Numbered from the stretch's first letter, positions 1 to 8,297 are shown. The stretch: 64,000 bases of DNA from Candidatus Omnitrophota bacterium (GCA_903860135.1 CAIOPG010000007.1:130100-194099); one strand, 5' to 3'. The notes: generated by a model not told the origin, from the letters alone. Translations and numbers: made by a program.

Positions 1-165
1 GTGTATGTGAATGCGTCGACACGGTTCACTGATGGCTATGAATTTGGCCTGGGGGCCGAGGTCGGAATATCGACGGACAAATTGCATGTGCGTGGGCCCA
101 TGGGTCTAGAAGGCCTGACATCGTACAAGTATCAGGTTTACGGCAACGGACAGATTCGCGGATAG
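1..165 (+). CDS. proA: gamma-glutamyl phosphate reductase, C-terminal end (partial)
   Basis: Frame 1 reads [44 protein letters not shown]...QIRG* (TAG 163-165), the ProA C-terminal signature; translated by hand. Confidence 0.93.
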   Translation: MYVNASTRFTDGYEFGLGAEVGISTDKLHVRGPMGLEGLTSYKYQVYGNGQIRG

Positions 166-174
166 AGGGTCACG

Positions 175-750
175 ATGACGAAAATAGCTCTTTTTGGCGG
201 AACGTTCGACCCTGTGCATATCGGGCATTTGCTGATGGCGCGTACAGCCCAGGAGGAGATGGGGTTCGACAAGATCGTCTTTATCCCCAGCTGCGTGCCG
301 CCGCACAAGCGTTCCACAACGCTCTTCTCCGTCGAGGATCGTATCGCGATGGTCCGGCTGGCGGTGGCGTATAATTCAGGATTTGAGGTTTCGGATTTTG
401 AGATCAGGAAGGGCGGGCGTTCGTATTCCATTGATACCGTCAGGCATTTCCGTGAGATCTATCCGGCTCCGGCAAAACTTTATTTTATTGTCGGCGGGGA
501 TGCGATCAACCAGATCCATGCCTGGAAAGATATCGAGCAGATCAAGCAGTTGTGTTCTTTTGTTTCCGTGAACCGTCCGGGGTATCCCCGAGGATTGGCG
601 CGGTTTAAATATCACGCCCTGTCCATGCACGGCATTGATATGTCATCGACGGAGATCCGTAAAAGGATCCAGCAGGGGCGCTCGATCCAGTACCTGGTTC
701 CCGAAAGCGTCCTGGGATACATCAGAGAACACCGGTTACCCAAGACCTAA
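175..750 (+). CDS. nadD: nicotinate-nucleotide adenylyltransferase
   Basis: GGTFDPVHIGH, PPHK and SSTEIR motifs; follows proA as is common. Confidence 0.95.
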   Translation: MTKIALFGGTFDPVHIGHLLMARTAQEEMGFDKIVFIPSCVPPHKRSTTLFSVEDRIAMVRLAVAYNSGFEVSDFEIRKGGRSYSIDTVRHFREIYPAPAKLYFIVGGDAINQIHAWKDIEQIKQLCSFVSVNRPGYPRGLARFKYHALSMHGIDMSSTEIRKRIQQGRSIQYLVPESVLGYIREHRLPKT

Positions 751-766
751 ACCCGAGGCGGGTTTT
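749..766 (+). terminator. short hairpin after nadD, possible weak terminator
   Basis: AAACCCG-AGG-CGGGTTT followed by TAT. Confidence 0.3.
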
Positions 767-831
767 ATCCACCCGCTTCCATAAAAACATAGAGACGCTT
801 CGTTGGAACGTCTCCTTCTAAGGAGTTCAAT

Positions 832-2259
832 ATGAGCCAAGACTTCAAGAGCGTCATCAAATTCGGTACTGACGGCTGGCGCGCGGTCATTGCGGACACG
901 TTCACCTTCGAGAATGTTGAATACCTTGCCCAGGCGCTGGCGGTATGGGTCAAGCAAGATGCCCGCCGCATTGCCGGTGAGCCTCTGCGTGTGGCCGTAG
1001 GGTATGATAACCGTTTCCTCTCCCGTCAGTTTTCCGAGACGACCGCGGTTGTGCTCGCGGCCAACGGGATCGAGGTTGTTTTATCCGACGCCTCCTTACC
1101 GACGCCGGCCTTGAGCCTTGCCGCCCGCGACCTGAAATGCGTGGCGGGTGTTGTGATCACGGCCAGCCATAATCCGCCGGAGTACAACGGGTTCAAGATC
1201 AAGACCGCCGAGGGTGGCGGGGCGGGCAAGAATATTACCGATGCTGTTGAAGGTTACTTGGGGCTTGAGCCTGTGCAAAAGCTTGATCTTGCCAAGTCAA
1301 TCGTCGACGGTAAGATCAAGGTTGTCGACCTGAAGAAGCCGTACCTGAAATTCATCAAAGGGTATGTAAATTTAAAGAAGATCAAACCCGCGAAATTCCG
1401 CGTGGTGCAGGATGTGATGCACGGTTCCGGCGGCACACTGCTGGCTGAGGTTCTGAAAGGGTCGAAGATCAGGCTCGAGCTTTTACGTTCCGACGTCAAC
1501 CCGGGGTTCAATGGGTGCCGCCCCGAGCCTCTGCCGCAGTATCTCGGCGGGCTTATCGCCAAGATGAAGAAAGAAAAGATCGACCTCGGGCTTGTGCTCG
1601 ACGGAGATGCTGACCGCGTGGCGGCGGTGCTCCCGGGCGGCGAATTCCTTTCGCCGCAGAAGATCCTCGCCTTGCTGGCGTTGCATTTGTACAAGAACAG
1701 GGGCATCAAGGGCGGGGTAGTGAAGACCATTTGCGGCACGATGATGATCGATAATATGTGTAAGGATCATGGCATCAAACTTTATGAAACACCGGTGGGG
1801 TTTAAATACATCTCCGACCTGATGATCAACGAACAGATCATCGCTGGCGGCGAAGAGGCCGGTGGTATGGGCCTGCCGAATTATATCCCCGAGCGCGACG
1901 GCATCTTGGCCGGCCTTCTGCTTCTGGAAATGATGGTCTATGAAAAAAAGAATATCGGCAAGATCCTCGCTGAAGTCGAAAAGAAATATGGCCGTTTTTA
2001 TTACGACAAGACCAGTATCAGCATGAAGTCGGTGGTCAAGACGCTTGATCCGGTCAAGAAGCTGGAGAAAGTCCTGGGGCAGAAAGTCATCGCCGTCAAA
2101 GATTACGACGGGGTGAAGCTTGAATTGGCCGATGATAGCTGGATCATGGTTCGCGCTTCCGGCACCGAGCCGATCCTGCGCGCTTACGCCGAGTCCAAAT
2201 CACCCAAGCGTACCAGGGAATTATTGAACTACGCCCTGGGATTGGCGAAGACATTGTAA
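832..2259 (+). CDS. phosphoglucomutase/phosphomannomutase family protein
   Basis: FGTDGWR, phosphoserine ITASHNP, metal-binding DGDADR, RASGTEP motifs. Confidence 0.93.
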   Translation: MSQDFKSVIKFGTDGWRAVIADTFTFENVEYLAQALAVWVKQDARRIAGEPLRVAVGYDNRFLSRQFSETTAVVLAANGIEVVLSDASLPTPALSLAARDLKCVAGVVITASHNPPEYNGFKIKTAEGGGAGKNITDAVEGYLGLEPVQKLDLAKSIVDGKIKVVDLKKPYLKFIKGYVNLKKIKPAKFRVVQDVMHGSGGTLLAEVLKGSKIRLELLRSDVNPGFNGCRPEPLPQYLGGLIAKMKKEKIDLGLVLDGDADRVAAVLPGGEFLSPQKILALLALHLYKNRGIKGGVVKTICGTMMIDNMCKDHGIKLYETPVGFKYISDLMINEQIIAGGEEAGGMGLPNYIPERDGILAGLLLLEMMVYEKKNIGKILAEVEKKYGRFYYDKTSISMKSVVKTLDPVKKLEKVLGQKVIAVKDYDGVKLELADDSWIMVRASGTEPILRAYAESKSPKRTRELLNYALGLAKTL

Positions 2260-2279
2260 AATTTATAGCAGTTGACGGT

Positions 2280-2338
2280 TTGACATTCAGCGCGTTATGT
2301 GCTATTTATCATGATAAACAGAGGTGCACATGCTGAAT
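2280..2338 (+). promoter_or_regulatory. putative promoter plus symmetric operator/hairpin of the AAA+ gene
   Basis: TTGACA 2280-2285; perfect palindrome TTTATCATGATAAA 2305-2318; ATTCAGC (2285-2291) and GCTGAAT (2332-2338) equidistant around it. Confidence 0.5.
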
Positions 2339-3493
2339 AAAATATACTGTGAGCGGCGCATCGCAGGTAATTTGCTGGATTCTTCTAAAGAAAAAAGCCT
2401 TTTTCTGTTTGGCCCGCGGCAAACAGGCAAGACGTCACTGCTAAAGAAATTATTTCCGGTAGCGCCTTTCTATAATCTTCTTTTATCCGATGTTTTCTTC
2501 AGGCTCAGCCAGCGCCCTCAATTGATCAGGGAAGAAGTTTTTGCCGGAAAGATTGATCATGGTAAGCCCATTATCATTGACGAGATACAGAAATTGCCGG
2601 TTCTGTTGGACGAAGTGCATTATCTGATTGAAGAAAAAGGATGCCGTTTTATTCTAACCGGCAGTAGTTCCCGCAAATTAAGAAGGGGGGGGGCTAACCT
2701 TTTGGGTGGACGGGCCTGGACGCGTCAGCTTTTTCCTCTTGTCAGCTGTGAGATCAACGGGTTCGACCTTTCACGTGTCTTGAATTTCGGCGCGATTCCC
2801 TCCGTCTACTATTCATCCTCTCCCCGTGAAGACCTTGAATGGTATGCTGGCAATTATCTTAAGGAGGAGATCCAAGAAGAAAGGCTCGTGCGTAAGATAG
2901 AGAATTTCTCAAGGTTCTTGCAGTCGGCGGCACTCTATAGCGCGCAGTTGATCAATTTTTCAAATGTGGCCAGCGATTCTGGTATTCCGGCTAGGACGGT
3001 GGCGGAATATTTCTCGATCCTTGAAGAAACACTAATAGGAAACCTTCTTCCAGCATTCACAAAAACACATTACCGTAAGGCGGTGACGACCGGAAAGTTT
3101 TATTTCTTTGATGTGGGTGTCGCAAACTTTTTGGCTGGACGAGAGAATATCCGTCCCAAGACAGAGCTTTATGGCCATGTGCTGGAGCAGTTTATCTTTA
3201 CGGAGATAAAGGCGTTCCTGCATTATTCCAGGGATGCGCGTGTGTTGTCATTCTGGCGCTCCAAGTCTGGGTATGAGGTTGATTTCATGATAGGTGATGA
3301 AACCGCGATTGAAGTCAAGTCCGCTGACCTTGTAACAGAAAAACATTGCGCCGGTTTGAAGGCAATTAGCCAGGACTTGACGCTCAAGAGAAAAGTGATT
3401 GTTTCGCTGGATTCTTTGCCAAGAAGGATTGGCGATATTCATGTTTTTCCGGTGGATGTCTTTTTAAAAATGTTGTGGGCAGGAAAGTTTTAA
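2330..3493 (+). CDS. AAA+ ATPase (AAA_14-type) with C-terminal DUF4143 / PD-(D/E)xK-like domain
   Basis: Walker A GPRQTGKT, Walker B IIIDEIQ, ILTGSS, KFYFFDVG, C-terminal EVDF...IEVKS; start ATG 2330 or GTG 2324. Confidence 0.85.
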   Translation: MLNKIYCERRIAGNLLDSSKEKSLFLFGPRQTGKTSLLKKLFPVAPFYNLLLSDVFFRLSQRPQLIREEVFAGKIDHGKPIIIDEIQKLPVLLDEVHYLIEEKGCRFILTGSSSRKLRRGGANLLGGRAWTRQLFPLVSCEINGFDLSRVLNFGAIPSVYYSSSPREDLEWYAGNYLKEEIQEERLVRKIENFSRFLQSAALYSAQLINFSNVASDSGIPARTVAEYFSILEETLIGNLLPAFTKTHYRKAVTTGKFYFFDVGVANFLAGRENIRPKTELYGHVLEQFIFTEIKAFLHYSRDARVLSFWRSKSGYEVDFMIGDETAIEVKSADLVTEKHCAGLKAISQDLTLKRKVIVSLDSLPRRIGDIHVFPVDVFLKMLWAGKF

Positions 3494-3496
3494 AAT

Positions 3497-4096
3497 ATGT
3501 GCAGATTCTTCGGCATGATTTATTACTGGCTGATGACAGGCATGGCTGCTGTCGTCAGCCTTTTTTTCTATCCTTGCCGTGTCCGGGGGGCGGTTAATGT
3601 CCCGCGTTCGGGCGGGTTTATCCTGGCGTCGAATCATATCAGCAACATTGATCCGATCTTGTTGCCCGTTGTTTGCCCGCGCCAGATGCGGTTCATGGCC
3701 AAGGATTCCTTGTTCAGTCATCCCGTCCTTGGGGCGTTGATGCGTTGGGGCGGCGGGTTTCCTGTCAGGCGGGGACGGGCGGACAGGCAGGCGTTGGGTG
3801 AATTCCTGCGGCAGCTGGAACGCGGTTATCCGGTCCTTATTTTTCCGCAAGGCACGCGCGGCGGCGTAAAACCCCAGGCCGGTGTTGGTTTCCTGGCGGC
3901 TAGAAGCGGCAAGCCGGTCCTGCCCGTTTATATCGAAGGCACCGATCTGGTGCTCCCCAAAGGCAAGGCTTTTCCTCAACGCCATCCGGTCAGGGTTGTT
4001 TTCGGCAAGCCCCTGCTGTTTCTCTCGGAAGAATCCCCTGAAGTTATCGCTGAAAAGATCATGGCTGCTATTTTGGCGTTAAAAGATATCCATTGA
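3497..4096 (+). CDS. plsC: 1-acyl-sn-glycerol-3-phosphate acyltransferase (PlsC family)
   Basis: NHISNID (HX4D), FMAKDSLF, FPQGTR (FPEGTR variant); start could be 3515. Confidence 0.85.
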   Translation: MCRFFGMIYYWLMTGMAAVVSLFFYPCRVRGAVNVPRSGGFILASNHISNIDPILLPVVCPRQMRFMAKDSLFSHPVLGALMRWGGGFPVRRGRADRQALGEFLRQLERGYPVLIFPQGTRGGVKPQAGVGFLAARSGKPVLPVYIEGTDLVLPKGKAFPQRHPVRVVFGKPLLFLSEESPEVIAEKIMAAILALKDIH

Positions 4097-4207
4097 TCAA
4101 AGCTTCTTTCCAAGATCGCCATCTTTATACATAAGATCTGTTGCGGCTCCTTACAATCAGGGGGTAACGATCAATGGTATCATTCCCAAAAAATTTATCT
4201 CAGAATT

Positions 4208-4236
4208 TTGCATTAGTATAAATAATATTTTATACT
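4208..4236 (+). promoter_or_regulatory. sigma70-type promoter with overlapping inverted repeat, probably leaderless
   Basis: TTGCAT (4208-4213)-17 nt-TATACT (4231-4236); AGTATAAA-N6-TTTATACT inverted repeat; ATG 7 nt after the -10 box, no SD. Confidence 0.6.
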
Positions 4237-4243
4237 TATTACC

Positions 4244-6973
4244 ATGATCTCCGGACACTTCATCCATTACTGGCGCAGGGTTATCGTTGTCTTGCTTGTC
4301 GTAGCGTTCTTAGCGTGCGATGTGGCGCGATGGATGCCGCCCGTATCAGCGCAGGCGATCATGCCTGCCGCCGGCACGCGCATGGGCCTCACACCGGCGT
4401 TTAACCCGATGATCCTCAAGGGGATGAAGGTGTATGCCAAGGAGCCTTTTCGGTTTGATTTTATCCTCGACAAGGGGGATGAGGCTGTCAGGCGTGAGGG
4501 TTCCCTGCGCCTTGTCAAATATTTCCTTGCCGCCCTGACCGTTCCCGAGAAAGACCTTTGGGTGAATCTCAGCCCGTATGAACAAGACCGCATTGTGCCC
4601 GATGCCTTTGGCCAGACCGAAATGGGTCGTGATCTTCTGGCGCAGGACTATCTCCTGAAGCAAATCACCGCGAGCCTGATGTATCCCGAAGAGGGGGTGG
4701 GCAAGCAGTTCTGGGCCGAGATCTACCGCCAGGCGCAGGCCAAATTCGGTACAACAGATATCCCGGTCGACACCTTCAACAAAGTCTGGATCATGCCCGC
4801 CAAGGCTGTTGTCTACGAAAAGCCAAGGGCATCTGGCGACCCCCATCCCCAGGAAGCCGTCGCCTACGTCGTTGAATCCCGCCTCAAGGTCATGCTTGAA
4901 TCGGACTATGTGGCTATCGAGAACAACCGTTTGCCAACCAGGGGACATGTTGCGCCTTTTGTCAACGTGTCCCCAAGCCTGTTGCCTGCGCAAGCAACAG
5001 AGGGCACCGACATAACCAAAACCCTCATCCGCGACATCATCCTGCCCGTCCTCGAGAAGGAAGTTAACGAGGGACAAACTTTCGCTCAGCTCCGTCAGGT
5101 CTACAATTCCCTTATTCTTGCCGCCTGGTATAAAAAGAAAGTCATCGGATCCCTGCGCCAATCCCCGTTGGGTTTTTATCTCGACCAAAACAAAGTCGCC
5201 GGCGTTAACATCGATGACCCTAAAGAGAGCGAAAAGATCTGGGGTCGGTACGTCGCGTCGTTCAAGCAAGGCGCGTACAACTATATCCGCGACGAATACG
5301 ATCCAATGACAAAAGAAACGATCCCCCGGAAGTATTTTGCGGGCGGCGCCTTGTTTTCCGCATTAGATTTGGCCATGGTCAGCGGGATGGATGCGTCGCA
5401 AACAGTGTTACAGCAACCGTTAACTTATTTGCGTGTTAGAACGAATGGTGTCTTACTTAAAAAAGTAATGCCTTCTGAGGCCGCTTTTCAGGAGAAAGTT
5501 CGGGGGGTGTTGGGAGTACAATTTTCGAACCAAGAGATTGAGGTGAGGCTGGCCTTGTCAACCCCCAATCCGGTAATCCGCATTGATCATGCCACCGCAG
5601 TATCAGACGAAGAACGTGCGATGCCTGAAGGCATGGCCATTGCGGCGGACTCCATGGGGCGAGCGGCACTACTGCCTAATTTCTTGGACAGCCTGAATGC
5701 TATCAAACTTGACGCTGAGTTCACTGATCAGATACAGCGTATCAAGTTCAATGGGCACTCGATTTTTAGCCTCAAAGACGCCATTCTTATGTCACATAAG
5801 GAACAAAAGGTCCAGCGAGTCCGGTTCTTTTTTGAGCTATTAATGTACCAGGATAAAAAGAAAGAGGCTGTTTTTACGCCGATCGAAGCAGTTAAACTGG
5901 CAATATTATTTGGGCCTGATAGAAGAAATGGCGTCAAGGCGCAGGTGACCTGGTTCGTTGGGCAGGATGTTATCAATCACCAACAGTTCTGGAATATCAT
6001 GCGCCGGGGGTGGATCGGGGAGATTATGGCGTTGATCGCGCGTTGGCAGCTCCAAAGGAATGTTTTGTCGGCTCATGAACGAAAATTGGTGAGGTGGTAT
6101 ATTATCAATCGCGACACATTAAAGTTGACTGTGGACGACTTGGAAAATATAAAGAAGGAACAGGAGGCACAACGTGCGGTGTTAGTGATGCCAGGGCGAT
6201 TGACTGTAATGCCTGACACTGATGGCCAAACGGTTGATCTGCGGAATTTTATGGATAAGCTTGAAACAGCAGAAAAGGATCCCGTTCAATTTAAAGCGAT
6301 GTTATCACGCATGATGTTCGGCAATGAGAAATTATTGGAGGATAAGTTTTTCCCACGTATTTTAACATCAGAAAATCCCTTTGAGCGGGTGTTGTTCCTG
6401 ATCGAACTCATGGAATATAAAAATAATAGTAACGGTTTCATCTTTAATCTTCATTACGCTGTTTCGCTTTTGCTGGTATTTGGGCCGAAACCTAGACTGG
6501 AGATGTCGAAATGGGTGGCGTGGTTTAATAATCAGGATGCCCTGACAGTGCCACAGTTCTACGGACTTCTTCTCCGGAAGCAGTTTAGTACAGTAAAAGA
6601 CATTATTGATCATGTGAAGCGTTTGGGCTATCGCGTGTCGTCGCAGCATATTGAAAAGATGGTCGCCGCTATCAAAGCGTGGGATTTTGATAAAAAAGAT
6701 CCTTGGACCATAATAGAAGAAGGATTGTTGGCAGATGTGGCAAGGGACCAATCACCTACAGATCCAACATCGGCCACCGGCGGTATTGACCTTGCTCCTG
6801 GCATGGCATCCGTCGAGTCACGCGGCGACAGTGCTGGGGCGGTGTTTCAGTTTGATCCTGCCAGCTTGCACCAGATGGACGGAGCCGCAGGGCTTGATCC
6901 GGTCATCATCAGCATGGAGCCGATGAAAAGTGTTCCTGAATTTCTCGGGTTGAATCTGGCGACAACACCATGA
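4244..6973 (+). CDS. large hypothetical exported/membrane-anchored modular protein (conserved N-terminal domain, variable central cargo, GGIDL-type C-terminal domain)
   Basis: 909-aa ORF; WRR followed by hydrophobic VIVVLLVVAFLAC; N-domain ends ...ETIPRKYFAGG (~aa 367); tail starts GGIDL (aa 846) and ends PVIISMEPMKSVPEFLGL; no enzymatic motif recognised. Confidence 0.85.
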   Translation: MISGHFIHYWRRVIVVLLVVAFLACDVARWMPPVSAQAIMPAAGTRMGLTPAFNPMILKGMKVYAKEPFRFDFILDKGDEAVRREGSLRLVKYFLAALTVPEKDLWVNLSPYEQDRIVPDAFGQTEMGRDLLAQDYLLKQITASLMYPEEGVGKQFWAEIYRQAQAKFGTTDIPVDTFNKVWIMPAKAVVYEKPRASGDPHPQEAVAYVVESRLKVMLESDYVAIENNRLPTRGHVAPFVNVSPSLLPAQATEGTDITKTLIRDIILPVLEKEVNEGQTFAQLRQVYNSLILAAWYKKKVIGSLRQSPLGFYLDQNKVAGVNIDDPKESEKIWGRYVASFKQGAYNYIRDEYDPMTKETIPRKYFAGGALFSALDLAMVSGMDASQTVLQQPLTYLRVRTNGVLLKKVMPSEAAFQEKVRGVLGVQFSNQEIEVRLALSTPNPVIRIDHATAVSDEERAMPEGMAIAADSMGRAALLPNFLDSLNAIKLDAEFTDQIQRIKFNGHSIFSLKDAILMSHKEQKVQRVRFFFELLMYQDKKKEAVFTPIEAVKLAILFGPDRRNGVKAQVTWFVGQDVINHQQFWNIMRRGWIGEIMALIARWQLQRNVLSAHERKLVRWYIINRDTLKLTVDDLENIKKEQEAQRAVLVMPGRLTVMPDTDGQTVDLRNFMDKLETAEKDPVQFKAMLSRMMFGNEKLLEDKFFPRILTSENPFERVLFLIELMEYKNNSNGFIFNLHYAVSLLLVFGPKPRLEMSKWVAWFNNQDALTVPQFYGLLLRKQFSTVKDIIDHVKRLGYRVSSQHIEKMVAAIKAWDFDKKDPWTIIEEGLLADVARDQSPTDPTSATGGIDLAPGMASVESRGDSAGAVFQFDPASLHQMDGAAGLDPVIISMEPMKSVPEFLGLNLATTP
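5678..6720 (+). repeat. protein-level tandem duplication (two ~170-190 aa units) inside the 909-aa protein
   Basis: NFLDSL/NFMDKL, QRVRFFFELLMY/ERVLFLIELMEY, AVKLAILFGPDRR/AVSLLLVFGPKPR, VTWFVGQD/VAWFNNQD, LSAHERKLV/SSQHIEKMV; units start at 5678 and 6245. Confidence 0.8.
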
Positions 6974-7707
6974 GCTCTGATAATGACATTCCGCCCGTCA
7001 TTTCCTGGGATAGTTCGGGCGCGCCGCATGCGGAGGCTTTTGGTGATAAATATTTTTGTACCGAAGCTGGTTACGCCGAGGCCGTGCATGTGGGATGCGG
7101 CGGGAACCGGTTACGCGCACGTTTTCTGGCGCTCGATGCGTCTGCTCCCGGCATCTTCACCATTGTAGAAACAGGCTTTGGCACCGGGCTTGATTTTTGC
7201 TGTGCCTGGGAACTTTGGCGGGCATGCGCGCCGCGTTCGTGGCACCTGAATTTTGTATCGCTCGAACGCTACCCGCTCGCACCGGCACAGCTTGACCGCG
7301 CCCTGGCCTGCTGGGATAACCTTGCTTTTGCCCGTGAGGCACTGGCGGCTCAATATGAACCGGTGTCCGGCGGTATTATGAAGAATAACTTTGAGGCAGG
7401 GCGCGTCCAGCTGACCGTTGTGTTTGACGATGTTGTTGTGGCCCTTCAACGCATCAAAACCGAAGTGCTCGCTCCTCAAGGTGCCGATGCTTTCTACCTG
7501 GATGGCTTTGCCCCGTCGCTCAATCCGGCCATGTGGACCGATGAGGTTTTCCGGGGCATGGCGGCTTTGAGCCGTCCGGGCACCACGTTTTCCACTTTTA
7601 CTGTTGCCGGTTTCGTCCGGCGCGGCCTCCAGTCTGCCGGCTTCACGGTCACCAAAATTCCTGGCCATGGCCGCAAGAAACATATCCTTGCCGGGGTTTT
7701 CATTTGA
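6970..7707 (+). CDS. mnmD: tRNA mnm5s2U34 methyltransferase MnmD (stand-alone MnmC N-terminal domain)
   Basis: FGDKYF, ETGFGTGL, SLERYP, FYLDGFAPSLNPAMW, STFTVAGFVRRGL, GHGRKK motifs; no oxidase domain fused. Confidence 0.9.
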   Translation: MSSDNDIPPVISWDSSGAPHAEAFGDKYFCTEAGYAEAVHVGCGGNRLRARFLALDASAPGIFTIVETGFGTGLDFCCAWELWRACAPRSWHLNFVSLERYPLAPAQLDRALACWDNLAFAREALAAQYEPVSGGIMKNNFEAGRVQLTVVFDDVVVALQRIKTEVLAPQGADAFYLDGFAPSLNPAMWTDEVFRGMAALSRPGTTFSTFTVAGFVRRGLQSAGFTVTKIPGHGRKKHILAGVFI

Positions 7708-7708
7708 C

Positions 7709-7738
7709 TTGACAAGTATGTACCAATCATACATACTT
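7709..7738 (+). promoter_or_regulatory. vapBC promoter with autoregulatory operator
   Basis: TTGACA (7709-7714)-17 nt-CATACT (7732-7737); perfect inverted repeat AAGTATGTA-N7-TACATACTT (7714-7738); ATG 7 nt after the -10 box. Confidence 0.75.
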
Positions 7739-7744
7739 ATACAT

Positions 7745-7948
7745 ATGAAAACTACTTTAAATATCTCAGATGAAATGCTTCACAGGGCGCAGGAGATGAC
7801 CGGTGTCATGGAAAAAACATCGTTGGTGCATATGGGGCTAGAGGCATTGATCGCGCGCGCGTCTTTTCAGCGGCTGGCGAAGCTTGGAGGTTCGCAACCG
7901 GGATTGCGTATTCCTCCCCGGCGCAGGAGTGCACATGGTTCTCGTTGA
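7745..7948 (+). CDS. vapB: type II antitoxin, VapB family (RHH)
   Basis: MKTTLNISDEMLHRAQEMTGVMEKTSLVHMGLEALI...RLAKLGGSQP...PPRRR; overlaps the start of the PIN toxin. Confidence 0.85.
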   Translation: MKTTLNISDEMLHRAQEMTGVMEKTSLVHMGLEALIARASFQRLAKLGGSQPGLRIPPRRRSAHGSR

Positions 7949-8297
7949 TACGTCGGTCTGGGTGGATCATTTTCGTTACACAGAGCCGCGACTCCAGGTT
8001 TTATTAGATGCTGGAGATGTTTTAATGCATCCATGGGTGATCGCAGAACTTGCCTGCGGCAACCTCAAAGATCGGAGGCTTGTGCTTGGGCTTCTTCATG
8101 ATCTGCCTTGCGCGCGGGGCGTTACTCAAGAGGAATTGTATTATTTCATTGAACATCATAAGCTTTTTGGGCATGGCGTAGGTGTAGTTGATATACATCT
8201 GCTGGCTTCTTCATTATTAGCAGGGGTTCCGTTATGGACCAAAGATATTCCTCTTCAACGGATCGCTCAAAGATTGTCAGGTTTTCCTGCCACGTAA
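7935..8297 (+). CDS. vapC: type II toxin, VapC PIN-domain ribonuclease
   Basis: MVLVDTSVWVDH, HPWVIAELACG, GVGVVDIHLLAS, LWTKD: PIN acidic residues present. Confidence 0.9.
   Translation: MVLVDTSVWVDHFRYTEPRLQVLLDAGDVLMHPWVIAELACGNLKDRRLVLGLLHDLPCARGVTQEELYYFIEHHKLFGHGVGVVDIHLLASSLLAGVPLWTKDIPLQRIAQRLSGFPAT

Noticed and set aside
4346-5269. 307-aa minus-strand ORF inside the modular gene
   Set aside because: Confined to the GC-rich N-domain, in antisense codon register, with no motif; treated as a shadow ORF
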